Assembly (NCBI GenBank): GCA_041640655.1
Contig: JBEPZV010000017.1
Span: forward strand, 1 to 50,734
Reading direction: 5' to 3'
DNA length: 50,734 bases
DNA from: a bacterium
GTDB taxonomy: Bacteria; Acidobacteriota; Blastocatellia; HR10
Below, piece after piece: positions 42,006-50,734 of the stretch (positions are counted from its first letter, which is position 1; every line of letters starts with the position of its first letter). The notes beneath the pieces were generated by a model that was given only the letters and a program-made list of their open reading frames with translations, ran no database searches and was not told the DNA's origin. Both the position numbers and the translations under genes were made by a program.

Positions 42006-42053
42006 CAGGGGTGAGGCTCCGTGGGCGGGCACCGCGCGAGGGGCCTCCCCCTG
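42006..42053. terminator. Hairpin between convergent groEL and the acyl-CoA ligase gene
   Basis: CAGGGGTGAGGCTCC can pair with GGGGCCTCCCCCTG. Confidence 0.5.
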
Positions 42054-44168
42054 TCATTTCAATCGGATCCGTGCATCCACCGCCTTGCTTCCTCCTGGAA
42101 GCGGAGAGGTCATAAAGGGATTCACGTCCAGCTCAGCGATCTCCGGGAAATCCCCCGCCAGTTGTGACAGGCGCATCAGGGCCTCCTCAAGGACGGCGAA
42201 GTCCACAGGGGGTTCTCCGCGCGTCCCCTTCAAGATGGGGAAGCCGCGGATGGAGCGGATCATCTCGCGCGCATCTCGATCCGTGATCGGCCAGATGCGA
42301 AAGACGACGTCGGCCAGAGACTCCACGTAGATGCCGCCTGTGCCGAACATGATCAGGGGACCAAACTGCGGATCCTGCACGATGCCCAGGATGACCTCGC
42401 GTCCACTGCGGATCATCTCTTGGACGAGCACGCCCTGGAACGTCTCGCTCAATCCGTGACGTTCGACGCGCTCCAGGAGCGTTTGAAAGCTGCGGATGAG
42501 CTCCTCGTCCGTGCGCACGTCCACAATGACGCCGCCGATCTCCGACTTATGCGTGAGCGCGTGCGCGAGGACCTTCAGGACGACCGGGTATCCGATCTCG
42601 TGAGCGGCGGTGAGAGCGTCCTTCAGTGTGCGGGCGAAGCCGAAGCGGCAGACGGGCAGGCCATAGGCATCAAGGATGGTCAAGGCCTCGGCCGAACTGA
42701 GCTCCGTTCGTCCCTCGTGACGGACGGTCGCGATGATACGCTCGACGATCTCCCGCTCGACCTCGAAGGTGCGGACACTCCCTTCTTCTCGGTCCCGACG
42801 TTCGCGATAGGCGACCAGGGCCGAGAGGGCGCGGGCCGCCGATTCGGGGAACTGGTAGATCGGGAATGTGCGGTGAGGGCGCTGGTGCATCTCTCGGAAG
42901 AATCCTTCGGGGGCCATGAAGACGCCGAGCACGGGCTTCTCGTGCCGGCTCGCCACTTCGGCGATAGCTTCCGCGATGTCGTGGGGATTCACCATGATCG
43001 GCGGAACGAAGATAACGATCGCCGCGTCCACGTTCTCGTCCGAGAGGAGAAGGTCGAGGGCGAAGCGGTAGGTCATTGCATCAGCGCTCGCGATGAGGTC
43101 AACGGGGTTCTCCAAAGCGCACTCCTCGGGCAATCGCAGGCGCAACTGGGCGCGCGTACGGGGCGACAGCTCGGCGATCTTCAGGCCGAAGTTCACGCAA
43201 GCATCAGTCGCCATGATGGCGGGGCCTCCGGCGTTGGTGAGGATCGCCACGCGGTTCCCTCGCGGGATCGGGCAGTAGACGAAGGCCATCGCCAAGTCGA
43301 ACAAGTCCTCGATCGAAAGCGCCCGCAAGACCCCGCATTGTTCGAGCAGCGCCTCGGTCGCGAGATCGAGCCCGGCGAGGGCTCCTGTGTGGGAGGATGC
43401 CGCGCGCGCGCCAGCGGCCGTGCGTCCGGCTTTCACGGCGATGATGGGCTTCTTCTTGGTCACGCGTCGCGCCAATTGGGTGAACTTTCGCGGATTCCCG
43501 AAGGATTCCAGGTACATGAGGATGACGTCCGTGTGGGGGTCCTCCTCCCAATACTCGAGCAAATCGTTGCCGGAGACATCAGCCTTGTTCCCCATGGAGA
43601 CGAACATCGAGAATCCGAGGCCGAGGCGCTCCGCCATGTTCAAGATCGCGGCGCCGAGAGCACCCGATTGGGAGGTGAATCCGATGCGTCCCGGCAGCGG
43701 TCGCGTCGGCGCGAACGTGGCGTTCAGCCGCACGGCGGGATCCGTATTGATGATGCCCATGCAGTTGGGGCCGATCAGGCGCATGCCGTACTGTCGGACT
43801 TTCTCCAGGAGCCGCTGTTCGCGCTCAAGTCCCGCCGGTCCCGTCTCCTTGAAGCCAGCGGTGATGATGACCAGGCCGCGTACGCCCTTCCGTCCGCACT
43901 CATCCACAACTCGAAGGACCTCCTCCTTTGGAACGACGATGATCGCCAGGTCCACCGGATCCGGGATGTCCAGGACGCTCGGAAAGCACTTGATCGAGTG
44001 AATGACCTCCGCATGCGGGTTCACCGGGAAGACCTTCCCGTTGAACTCGTACTCGACGATGTTGTGAAGGATCTCCCATCCGATGGAGCCTTTCTTTCGG
44101 GAGGCTCCGATGACGGCGATGGAGCGCGGCTTGAAGATGTAATCGAGCGGATGTCGCGTGTCGGTCAT
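42054..44168 (-). CDS. ADP-forming acetate/acyl-CoA ligase (alpha-beta fusion)
   Basis: IAVIGAS, GPNCMG, SQSGA, SSHTGALAG, TNAGG, ATP-grasp HKSEIGGV, ELDVNP. Confidence 0.92.
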   Translation of the reverse strand: MTDTRHPLDYIFKPRSIAVIGASRKKGSIGWEILHNIVEYEFNGKVFPVNPHAEVIHSIKCFPSVLDIPDPVDLAIIVVPKEEVLRVVDECGRKGVRGLVIITAGFKETGPAGLEREQRLLEKVRQYGMRLIGPNCMGIINTDPAVRLNATFAPTRPLPGRIGFTSQSGALGAAILNMAERLGLGFSMFVSMGNKADVSGNDLLEYWEEDPHTDVILMYLESFGNPRKFTQLARRVTKKKPIIAVKAGRTAAGARAASSHTGALAGLDLATEALLEQCGVLRALSIEDLFDLAMAFVYCPIPRGNRVAILTNAGGPAIMATDACVNFGLKIAELSPRTRAQLRLRLPEECALENPVDLIASADAMTYRFALDLLLSDENVDAAIVIFVPPIMVNPHDIAEAIAEVASRHEKPVLGVFMAPEGFFREMHQRPHRTFPIYQFPESAARALSALVAYRERRDREEGSVRTFEVEREIVERIIATVRHEGRTELSSAEALTILDAYGLPVCRFGFARTLKDALTAAHEIGYPVVLKVLAHALTHKSEIGGVIVDVRTDEELIRSFQTLLERVERHGLSETFQGVLVQEMIRSGREVILGIVQDPQFGPLIMFGTGGIYVESLADVVFRIWPITDRDAREMIRSIRGFPILKGTRGEPPVDFAVLEEALMRLSQLAGDFPEIAELDVNPFMTSPLPGGSKAVDARIRLK

Positions 44169-44473
44169 AGTTCGGTGATAATCGTATCCGAGGAGGCGAG
44201 GCGTCGGCAAGCGAGGATATTGCGGGCGCTCCGGGGCGTTGATACAATTCCCCGTGTCACAGATGGGTTGGGCGCGCAGGTTGAGGATTACGATCGCTTT
44301 CGGCCGCCACGCGAGTGGTCCCGCTTGCTTCGGAACAATTTGGCCGGACGGTGATGCGGCCCGTGGCTTTCATCCCTCCGGAGCCTATCAGCCCGGAGGT
44401 GTTGAGCGTCTGCTCGGTCTCGCATCTTGGGCTAGGACTCTGAGCGGAGCGATTTCCTGGGAGGTACGGAAGG

Positions 44474-45586
44474 ATGCGGATTCGCTGTGTCGAGCTGCGA
44501 GAGCTTCGCCTGTCGCTTCGCGCTCCGTTTGAGACGAGCTTCGGTCGCACCAGCGAGCGGCGCATTGTGCTCGTGCGTGTCTTCGACGGGGAGGGGGGAG
44601 AAGGGTGGGGCGAGTGCACGGCTCCTGAGGAGCCGTTCTACAATCACGAGTTCGTAGATGCGGCATGGCTCGTGATGCGGGACTTTCTCATCCCCATGCT
44701 GCTCAGGCGTGAGTTGGAGGCGGCGAGTGATGTCCCCGGGCTCTTTCGTCCGGTTCGTGGCCACGGCATGGCCAAGGCGGCGTTGGAGGCGGCGTGTTGG
44801 GACCTGCAGGCGCGTCGGGAGGGGAAGCCGCTGTGGCAACTCCTCGGCGGCACGCGTTTGGAGATCGAGTGCGGCGTCTCCATCGGGATCCAGCCCTCTC
44901 TTGTGGACTTGGTGAGGAAGGTGGAGCAGGAGCTGGCGGCTGGCTATCGGCGGATCAAGGTGAAGATCAAGCCGGGCGTGGAACGGGAGATCATCGGCGC
45001 CGTGCGCGCGGCTTTCCCTGATGTCCCCCTCATGGCCGATGCGAATGCAGCCTATACCCTCGAAGACGCGGAGGTGTTGCGCTCGCTGGATGAGTTCAAC
45101 CTGATGATGCTCGAACAGCCACTCGCCTACGATGACCTTCTCGATCATGCGGAGTTGCAACGGCGCATGCGCACGCCGATCTGCCTGGACGAATCCATCG
45201 CGAGCGCGGAGCACGCGCGGAAAGCGCTGGCGGTCGGCGCTTGTCGGGTCATCAACATCAAACTCGGGCGCGTGGGAGGATATGTCGAAGCCCGGCGCAT
45301 CCATGATTTCTGCCGGGCGCGCGGTGTGCCCGTGTGGTGCGGGGGGATGCTGGAATCGGGCATCGGGCGAGCGCACAACATTGCGCTCTCGACCTTAGAG
45401 GGATTCTCTCTGCCGGGTGATGTCTCAGCGAGCCGACGCTATTGGGAGCGGGACATCATCGAGCCGGAGGTCGAAGTCACGCCGCACGGGACGATCCGGG
45501 TTCCGATGGGAGCAGGGATCGGCTTCAGCGTGAACGAGCGGCTCATCGAGCGCCTGACCGTGCGTCGGGAGGTGATCGCGGCGTGA
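44474..45586 (+). CDS. menC: o-succinylbenzoate synthase / N-acylamino acid racemase (enolase superfamily)
   Basis: FETSFG, KVKIKPG, ADAN, LEQP, LDES, WCGGMLE, PGDVSAS. Confidence 0.88.
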   Translation: MRIRCVELRELRLSLRAPFETSFGRTSERRIVLVRVFDGEGGEGWGECTAPEEPFYNHEFVDAAWLVMRDFLIPMLLRRELEAASDVPGLFRPVRGHGMAKAALEAACWDLQARREGKPLWQLLGGTRLEIECGVSIGIQPSLVDLVRKVEQELAAGYRRIKVKIKPGVEREIIGAVRAAFPDVPLMADANAAYTLEDAEVLRSLDEFNLMMLEQPLAYDDLLDHAELQRRMRTPICLDESIASAEHARKALAVGACRVINIKLGRVGGYVEARRIHDFCRARGVPVWCGGMLESGIGRAHNIALSTLEGFSLPGDVSASRRYWERDIIEPEVEVTPHGTIRVPMGAGIGFSVNERLIERLTVRREVIAA

Positions 45587-45801
45587 TGAGCGGGAGGGCG
45601 AAGTGCCGACGCGTCCAGGGACCGGGGCGGCCGTCATATACGGATGCGCCGGAGATCTTTCGGCTGGCCTTCATCCCAGTCGTCCTGAAGGGGATGCCCG
45701 CGACGGTCGTTGATCTGAACACGTTCGAATTGCTCCCTCGCAGCTTCGAACTGTTCTTCGAGCAGGCTGAAGGAGTGGGGGGGACGCCTCTCGGCGTCTG
45801 A
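45586..45801 (+). CDS. Small hypothetical protein (71 aa) or gene remnant
   Basis: ATG overlaps the menC stop (TGATG); mostly G/C third positions; ends 8 nt before the NUDIX ATG. Confidence 0.45.
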   Translation: MSGRAKCRRVQGPGRPSYTDAPEIFRLAFIPVVLKGMPATVVDLNTFELLPRSFELFFEQAEGVGGTPLGV

Positions 45802-45809
45802 GAGAGGGC

Positions 45810-46295
45810 ATGCGGACACTGCGTGAGATCTCAGCCGGTGGGGTCGTCTACCGATGGACGGGGGCGCGCCCCGAGGTCATTCTGATCGCCCGGGAGAAGG
45901 GGAACGTCTGGTGTTTGCCGAAGGGCTTGGTGGAACCCGGTGAGAGGGTGCGCGAGGCGGCCCTGCGTGAGGTGCGTGAGGAGACGGGTGTACGGGGAGA
46001 GATCGTCGGCAAGATCGGACAGGTCAACTACTGGTATGTCGGTCGAGAGGGAGGGGAGCCCGTGCGAATTTTCAAGACGGTCCACTTCTACCTCATGCGG
46101 TATCTGGAGGGGGACGTGCAGCGGCATGATTGGGAGGTCGAGGACGCTCGGTGGTTCCCCCTGGCGGAGGCCATACGGCGAGCTACCTATAAAGGCGAGC
46201 GCGAGGTTCTGGAGAAGGCGGGGCGCATGCTCGCGGAAGAGGCGCGCGCTTCCGCGCGATCGAGGGGACGGGGCCGGAGATCGGGAGGAGAGTGA
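45810..46295 (+). CDS. NUDIX hydrolase
   Basis: Nudix box PKGLVEPGERVREAALREVREETG. Confidence 0.94.
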   Translation: MRTLREISAGGVVYRWTGARPEVILIAREKGNVWCLPKGLVEPGERVREAALREVREETGVRGEIVGKIGQVNYWYVGREGGEPVRIFKTVHFYLMRYLEGDVQRHDWEVEDARWFPLAEAIRRATYKGEREVLEKAGRMLAEEARASARSRGRGRRSGGE

Positions 46296-47233
46296 TGGCG
46301 GAACCTGTCATCGTCGTCGAGCGCGTCACTCACCGATACGGGGAACGCGTCGCGCTGCGCGAGGTGACCTTCGAGGTCAAGGTGGGGGAGATCTTCGCCC
46401 TGCTCGGACCGAATGGAGGGGGGAAGACGACGCTCTTCCGAATCCTGGCGACAGCGCTGATCCCTACTTCGGGAGATGTTCGCATCTTTGGACATGATGT
46501 GCGAGCGCATCCGGAACGCGTCCGCTGGCACGTGGGCGTCGTCTTCCAATCCCCGAGTGTGGATGGGAAGCTCACGGTGTGGGAGAATCTGCGCCACCAG
46601 GGCCATCTCTATGGGCTCTGGGGGCGGGACTTGAAGCGGCGAATCGAAATGCTGCTTGAGCGTTTTGATCTCAGCGATCGCGCTCAGGAACCGGTGGAGC
46701 GGCTCTCGGGTGGGCTGCGCCGTCGCGTGGAGATCGCCAAGGCCTTATTGCATGAGCCCTCGCTCTTGGTGCTGGACGAGCCGACGGCGGGGCTGGATGC
46801 GCGCGCGCGCTTGGACCTCTGGGCCTATCTTCAAGCCCTTCGAGAACGGAGGCCGCTCACCATCGTCTTCACCACCCATCACCTGGATGAGGGGGAGTCC
46901 TGCGATCGCGTGGCCATTCTGGATCGGGGGCAGTTAGTCGCGCTCGATTCTCCAGAAGCGCTGAAGGCCGAAATCGGCGGAGATGTGATCTTCATTGAGA
47001 GTCGCGAGCCCGAATCCCTGCGCGCGGAGATTCGGGCGCGTTGGGGGATCGAGACGACGCTCGTGGATGGCACGCTCTGCCTTCGGCATGAGCGGGGGCA
47101 TGAGTTCCTCACCCGGTTGGTCGAAGCGTTCCCGGGCCGCATCATCTCCCTCACGGTGCGACGACCGACGCTGGAGGACGTCTTCATCCACCGAACGGGC
47201 CATCGCTTCGAGGATGAGGTTCATCTGCAATGA
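46295..47233 (+). CDS. ABC-2/DrrA-type ATP-binding protein
   Basis: GPNGGGKTT, LSGG, LDEPT, TTH, RRPTLEDVF. Confidence 0.93.
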   Translation: MAEPVIVVERVTHRYGERVALREVTFEVKVGEIFALLGPNGGGKTTLFRILATALIPTSGDVRIFGHDVRAHPERVRWHVGVVFQSPSVDGKLTVWENLRHQGHLYGLWGRDLKRRIEMLLERFDLSDRAQEPVERLSGGLRRRVEIAKALLHEPSLLVLDEPTAGLDARARLDLWAYLQALRERRPLTIVFTTHHLDEGESCDRVAILDRGQLVALDSPEALKAEIGGDVIFIESREPESLRAEIRARWGIETTLVDGTLCLRHERGHEFLTRLVEAFPGRIISLTVRRPTLEDVFIHRTGHRFEDEVHLQ

Positions 47234-47351
47234 GGGCGGGTCGCTCCCCTCGTCCGAATGGGTGAGCGGCCCCTCGCGCGTCTGCTCTTCGCCGTGGGAG
47301 CGCGCGGGCGATTCCCCAAAAGGACATGAGGGGGATCGAGCGGTTCGCCTC

Positions 47352-47828
47352 CTATTCGTCAGACGCTGGGGATGGGAGCGGCTTCATCATGAGCAGAGCA
47401 TCTTCTCCGTTGGTATAGTATCGCGGGAGGTGCTGCGTGACGGTGTATCCCAGTTTTTGGTAGAGCGCTTGAGCGGCGTGATTGTCCACCCGGACTTCCA
47501 ATCGGGCGATCGTCGCCCCATGTTCGGAGAACGCCTCCTCCAGGGCATCCATGAGCAGGCGTCCGAAGCCACGCCGCCGCCACTGCGGGTCCACGCCGAG
47601 CGCGATCACATGGCCGACGCCGCCAGGCTCCATGCTCCCGATGACGAAGCCGACCATCCGTCCATCGGGGAGCTCGATCTTTCGCGCAATGACCAGAGGG
47701 TTCGTCAGCAGATAGCGCAGCGTGTCTCGGTCGTACGTCTCGCCGTCGGCGAAACAGCGTTGGTCTAGCTCCCAGCACGCTTGGAGGTCTCGAACCGTCA
47801 TCGGTCGGATGGAGACTTCGCACACCAT
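47352..47828 (-). CDS. rimI: RimI-like GNAT N-acetyltransferase
   Basis: RRRGFG, LEVRVDN, LYQKLGY, YYTNGEDALLM. Confidence 0.85.
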   Translation of the reverse strand: MVCEVSIRPMTVRDLQACWELDQRCFADGETYDRDTLRYLLTNPLVIARKIELPDGRMVGFVIGSMEPGGVGHVIALGVDPQWRRRGFGRLLMDALEEAFSEHGATIARLEVRVDNHAAQALYQKLGYTVTQHLPRYYTNGEDALLMMKPLPSPASDE

Positions 47829-47898
47829 CGCGCTTCCTCCTTCCGCACTCTCATCTCACGGGGAGAATCATATGCTTCGGATCGAGGTGGAGCAAGGG

Positions 47899-48942
47899 TT
47901 ACCGGATGAACATGGCGTCGCCGTAGCTGTAGAAGCGGTATCGCTTGGCGACGGCATGCGCATAGGCGCGCAGGACGTTCTCCCGGCCGGCGAACGCGCA
48001 CACGAGCATGAGCAGCGTCGAGCGCGGGAGGTGGAAATTCGTCACCAGGCCATCGATGACTTTGAAGCGATAGCCCGGGTAGATGAACAGTTCCGTCCAA
48101 CCGGTTCCCGCACGGACGAAACCTTCCGCATCGGCGGCGGATTCTAGTGCCCGGACAGTGGTCGTCCCCACCGCAATGACCGGGCGTCCGCTCCGTCGCG
48201 CGTCGTTAATCGCCGCCGCCGTTTCTGGCGGAATGACGAACTCCTCGCCGTCCATGCGGTGTTTCTCAACATCTTCTGTGCGGACGGGCTTGAAGGTCCC
48301 GTAGCCCACATGAAGCGTGAGCTCGACGATGTGAACACCGCGCTCTCGAAGCGCGGCGAAGACGCGTTCGGTGAAGTGAAAGCCGGCCGTCGGGGCAGCC
48401 ACCGATCCGCGATGTTTCGCATAGATGGTTTGGTAGCGGAGCACATCGCGCGCGAATGACGCCGGGTCCGGTCGTTTGATGTACGGTGGTAACGGGGCCA
48501 CGCCGATGCGATCAATGCGAGCATCTAAGTCCTCTTCCGGACAGAGGAATTCGATGAGGCGCTGTCCTTCCGCTTCGGCAGCGAGGATACGCGCTTCCAA
48601 TTGCCCCTCGTCGAAGACCAGCTCGGTTCCCGGTCGCGCGATGCGCCCCGGTTTGACCAAGGCTTCCCAGCGCGTCCCCTCGCGCCGTCGCAGCAGCAGG
48701 ACCTCGACACGGCCCGTGAATCCCTTCCGCCTCCCAAAAAGGCGCGCCGGGAAGACACGGGTGTTGTTGATGACCAGGACGCTCCCCGGCGTGACCTCTT
48801 GCGGGAACTCGTAGAAATATCGGTCCCAGTACGCCCCCGTCCTCCGATCCAAGACAAGCAGGCGCGAGTGGTCGCGCTCCGGCAGCGGCTCTTGCGCGAT
48901 CAGCTCCTCGGGCAGATCGTAGTCGAAATCCGACACCCGCAT
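47899..48942 (-). CDS. queA: SAM:tRNA ribosyltransferase-isomerase
   Basis: FDYDLPEELIAQ, LPPYI, AAPTAG, LHVGYGTF, NFHLP, SYGDAM. Confidence 0.97.
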   Translation of the reverse strand: MRVSDFDYDLPEELIAQEPLPERDHSRLLVLDRRTGAYWDRYFYEFPQEVTPGSVLVINNTRVFPARLFGRRKGFTGRVEVLLLRRREGTRWEALVKPGRIARPGTELVFDEGQLEARILAAEAEGQRLIEFLCPEEDLDARIDRIGVAPLPPYIKRPDPASFARDVLRYQTIYAKHRGSVAAPTAGFHFTERVFAALRERGVHIVELTLHVGYGTFKPVRTEDVEKHRMDGEEFVIPPETAAAINDARRSGRPVIAVGTTTVRALESAADAEGFVRAGTGWTELFIYPGYRFKVIDGLVTNFHLPRSTLLMLVCAFAGRENVLRAYAHAVAKRYRFYSYGDAMFIR

Positions 48943-48943
48943 C

Positions 48944-49771
48944 TCACACCTTTCGGCCGATGGCCAGAGTCGCCTTGATGGAGAAGTCGAACTCGGCTCG
49001 GCGGCGCTCGCGCTCGATGATCCGGCGCATCTGGCGCCGGACGCGCTCGCGCGTCGCCTCATCAGGCAGGAAGGCCAACCACTGCGGGAGGAAATAGTCC
49101 TCGATCAATGGCGATTCGAGGAAATCTGCCGCCGTCTCAAACACGAACTCCGCGCGCTCCACGAAGCAGTGGGGGTATTGAAGGCCATGGCGAGCGAAGA
49201 TCTCCTGCACCTCCGTCACGGTCGGCCACCGGATGCTGAGCGCTTCGACCTGCGGCGAGTAGGCGTCGAGCCCACAACGATGGAGCGCCTCCCAGAGGAT
49301 CGAATAGCACTCGTCGAAGCTGCCGCGCGTGAGCAGCTTCAGGGCGACCGTCGCCTGATATTCGGCGACGCGGGCCATCTCAGCCACCATCGGAGCGATA
49401 TGCGAAGGGGGCAGCAGCGTGGCGTCGCCGATGACCAGTCCATAGGACTCCGCTTCGAGTCCTAGGTCGGTCGGATCTTTCTCCAGGAAGGTGAGGTTCG
49501 GCAGCCGCTTGATCGCCGCCTTCGAGCGCGCGATCTCAACCATGATGGCATTCCGCTCGGTCGCGACGACCTCCCCCCGCATGCCGATCCGGGCGGCCAG
49601 ATCAAGTGCGAGACCTCCAGTCCCACTGTTGACCTCCAGGATCGCCCCCTGCTTCGGGAGGGGGACGTGCTTCTCCACCATTTGATCGAACGGCTCGCGC
49701 CAGATCGGGACGATATAGAGATCGTACCGATACGCGAGTTCCCGCAACGACCGGCCCATCACCGTGTGCAT
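48944..49771 (-). CDS. Class I SAM-dependent methyltransferase-fold protein
   Basis: ILEVNSGTG (motif I-like), GEVVATE, EMARV. Confidence 0.72.
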   Translation of the reverse strand: MHTVMGRSLRELAYRYDLYIVPIWREPFDQMVEKHVPLPKQGAILEVNSGTGGLALDLAARIGMRGEVVATERNAIMVEIARSKAAIKRLPNLTFLEKDPTDLGLEAESYGLVIGDATLLPPSHIAPMVAEMARVAEYQATVALKLLTRGSFDECYSILWEALHRCGLDAYSPQVEALSIRWPTVTEVQEIFARHGLQYPHCFVERAEFVFETAADFLESPLIEDYFLPQWLAFLPDEATRERVRRQMRRIIERERRRAEFDFSIKATLAIGRKV

Positions 49772-49790
49772 GGTATCCGAACCAGGGAGA

Positions 49791-50734
49791 TCAGATCAGA
49801 CGGCCGTAGGAGAAGACCAGGCGCAGTCCCAACTTGCGCACATGCTCCTGCACTTCCGGACGCGCTCGCCGACAGAAGCAGACCGGGAAGATCTCGCCGA
49901 TGAGATGCTTCCGCGCCCGTTCCACGAGTCTCGCGAACCGATCCACCTCGCGGATCGTGAGATTGTACTTGGCTTCGCCCACGATCCAGATCACGCGCCC
50001 CGGACGCGCGGGGTCCGTGGCGCGGCCGAAAACGTTGATCTCTTCCAGACGATCGTTCCACCGCTGGAACGTGCGCTCCAACGGCCCCACCTCCCATCCG
50101 AATTCCCGCTTCAGGACGTCGTGAAGCACAATATAAGCGAGGTCTTCCAAATCCGCGCCGAGCGTCTCGCTCAATCCGCCGACCTGCTTGGCCAGGTGCC
50201 GCAGCTCCCGTTGTATGCGTGTCTGTTCTTCAGCCAGCGCCTTCATGGCTTCCCGTAGCTCCGCTTGCCCTCGTGCCAGTTGCGCCGTGAGTTCTTCCAA
50301 TCGCCCGACGCGCTCCTCCGTTCGAGCCTGAGCTTCGGCCAGTTGCTTCACAAGTTCTTCGGTCCGAGCCTGGGCCTGAGCGAGCTGCGCCACGGTGGCC
50401 TCCAGCTGTGTCACGCGCTCCTCCGTTCGAGCCTGAGCTTCGGCCAGTTGCTTCACGAGTTCTTCGGTCCGAGCCTGGGCCTGAGCGAGCTGCGCCACGG
50501 TGGCCTCCAGCTGTGTCACGCGCTCCTCCGTTCGAACCTGAGCTTCGGCCAGTTGCTTCACAAGTTCTTCGGTCCGAGCCTGGGCCTGAGCGAGCTGCGC
50601 CACGGTGGCCTCCAGCCGCTCCAGACGCTCCTCCGCGCGGGCTTGAGCCTGCACGAGCTGCTCCACGATGGCCTCCAGTCGCGTCACCCGTTCTTCCGTT
50701 CGAGCCTGGGCCTGAGCGAGCTGCGTCACGGCAG
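49791..50734 (-). CDS. Heptad-repeat coiled-coil protein with a C-terminal PD-(D/E)XK-like domain (N-terminus beyond the right edge)
   Basis: Repeats of AQAQARTEERVTQLE followed by LEDLAY...EINVFG...IVGEAK. Confidence 0.85.
   Translation of the reverse strand, partial: AVTQLAQAQARTEERVTRLEAIVEQLVQAQARAEERLERLEATVAQLAQAQARTEELVKQLAEAQVRTEERVTQLEATVAQLAQAQARTEELVKQLAEAQARTEERVTQLEATVAQLAQAQARTEELVKQLAEAQARTEERVGRLEELTAQLARGQAELREAMKALAEEQTRIQRELRHLAKQVGGLSETLGADLEDLAYIVLHDVLKREFGWEVGPLERTFQRWNDRLEEINVFGRATDPARPGRVIWIVGEAKYNLTIREVDRFARLVERARKHLIGEIFPVCFCRRARPEVQEHVRKLGLRLVFSYGRLI
50311..50640. repeat. 105-bp in-frame tandem repeat (35 aa = 5 heptads), about 3 copies
   Basis: CGCTCCTCCG recurs at 50311, 50416, 50521 and 50626. 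Confidence 0.92.

Noticed and set aside
44210..44470. Intergenic stretch as a ncRNA or small gene (ORF 44239-44532)
   Set aside because: I found no recognisable SRP, RNase P, tmRNA, tRNA or riboswitch motif, only a short CTCCGG/CCGGAG hairpin. The ORF overlaps menC and lacks support.
45634..45819. Minus-strand 61-aa ORF
   Set aside because: It overlaps the NUDIX start and opposes the operon; the plus frame has better coupling and codon pattern.

Overview
A GC-rich bacterial chromosomal segment. The gene set (DUF3108, an Acidobacteria-type secreted protein and ECF sigma, HEPN-MNT, coiled-coil repeat proteins) suggests a thermophilic Acidobacteriota/Blastocatellia-like organism; this is inference. 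Most of the window is housekeeping: a ugd-led envelope operon, glcDEF, pyrR-pyrB, rpsO-pnp, oppABC, selB, yceD-rpmF-plsX-fabH-fabD-fabG-acpP-fabF-etfBA, pyrC, groES-groEL, an ADP-forming acyl-CoA ligase, a menC-like gene, rimI and queA. I saw no rRNA, tRNA, CRISPR array or transposase. The best candidate for an undescribed system is a low-GC patch at about 39.4-39.9 kb that the ORF track misses. It holds two paralogous hydrophobic micropeptides (36 and 32 aa, shared G-Q-L-D-L...C-P-x-P pattern), each with a strong RBS and a downstream hairpin. They are driven by a near-consensus promoter and sit directly upstream of an ECF sigma factor that has no adjacent anti-sigma gene. Other signals: window-wide avoidance of RTCGAY, two heptad-quantised tandem-repeat coiled-coil genes at the window ends (one with a PD-(D/E)XK-like tail), a frameshifted DUF1992 pseudogene, and a possibly decaying HEPN-MNT pair. 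All family assignments come from motif recognition, not database searches.
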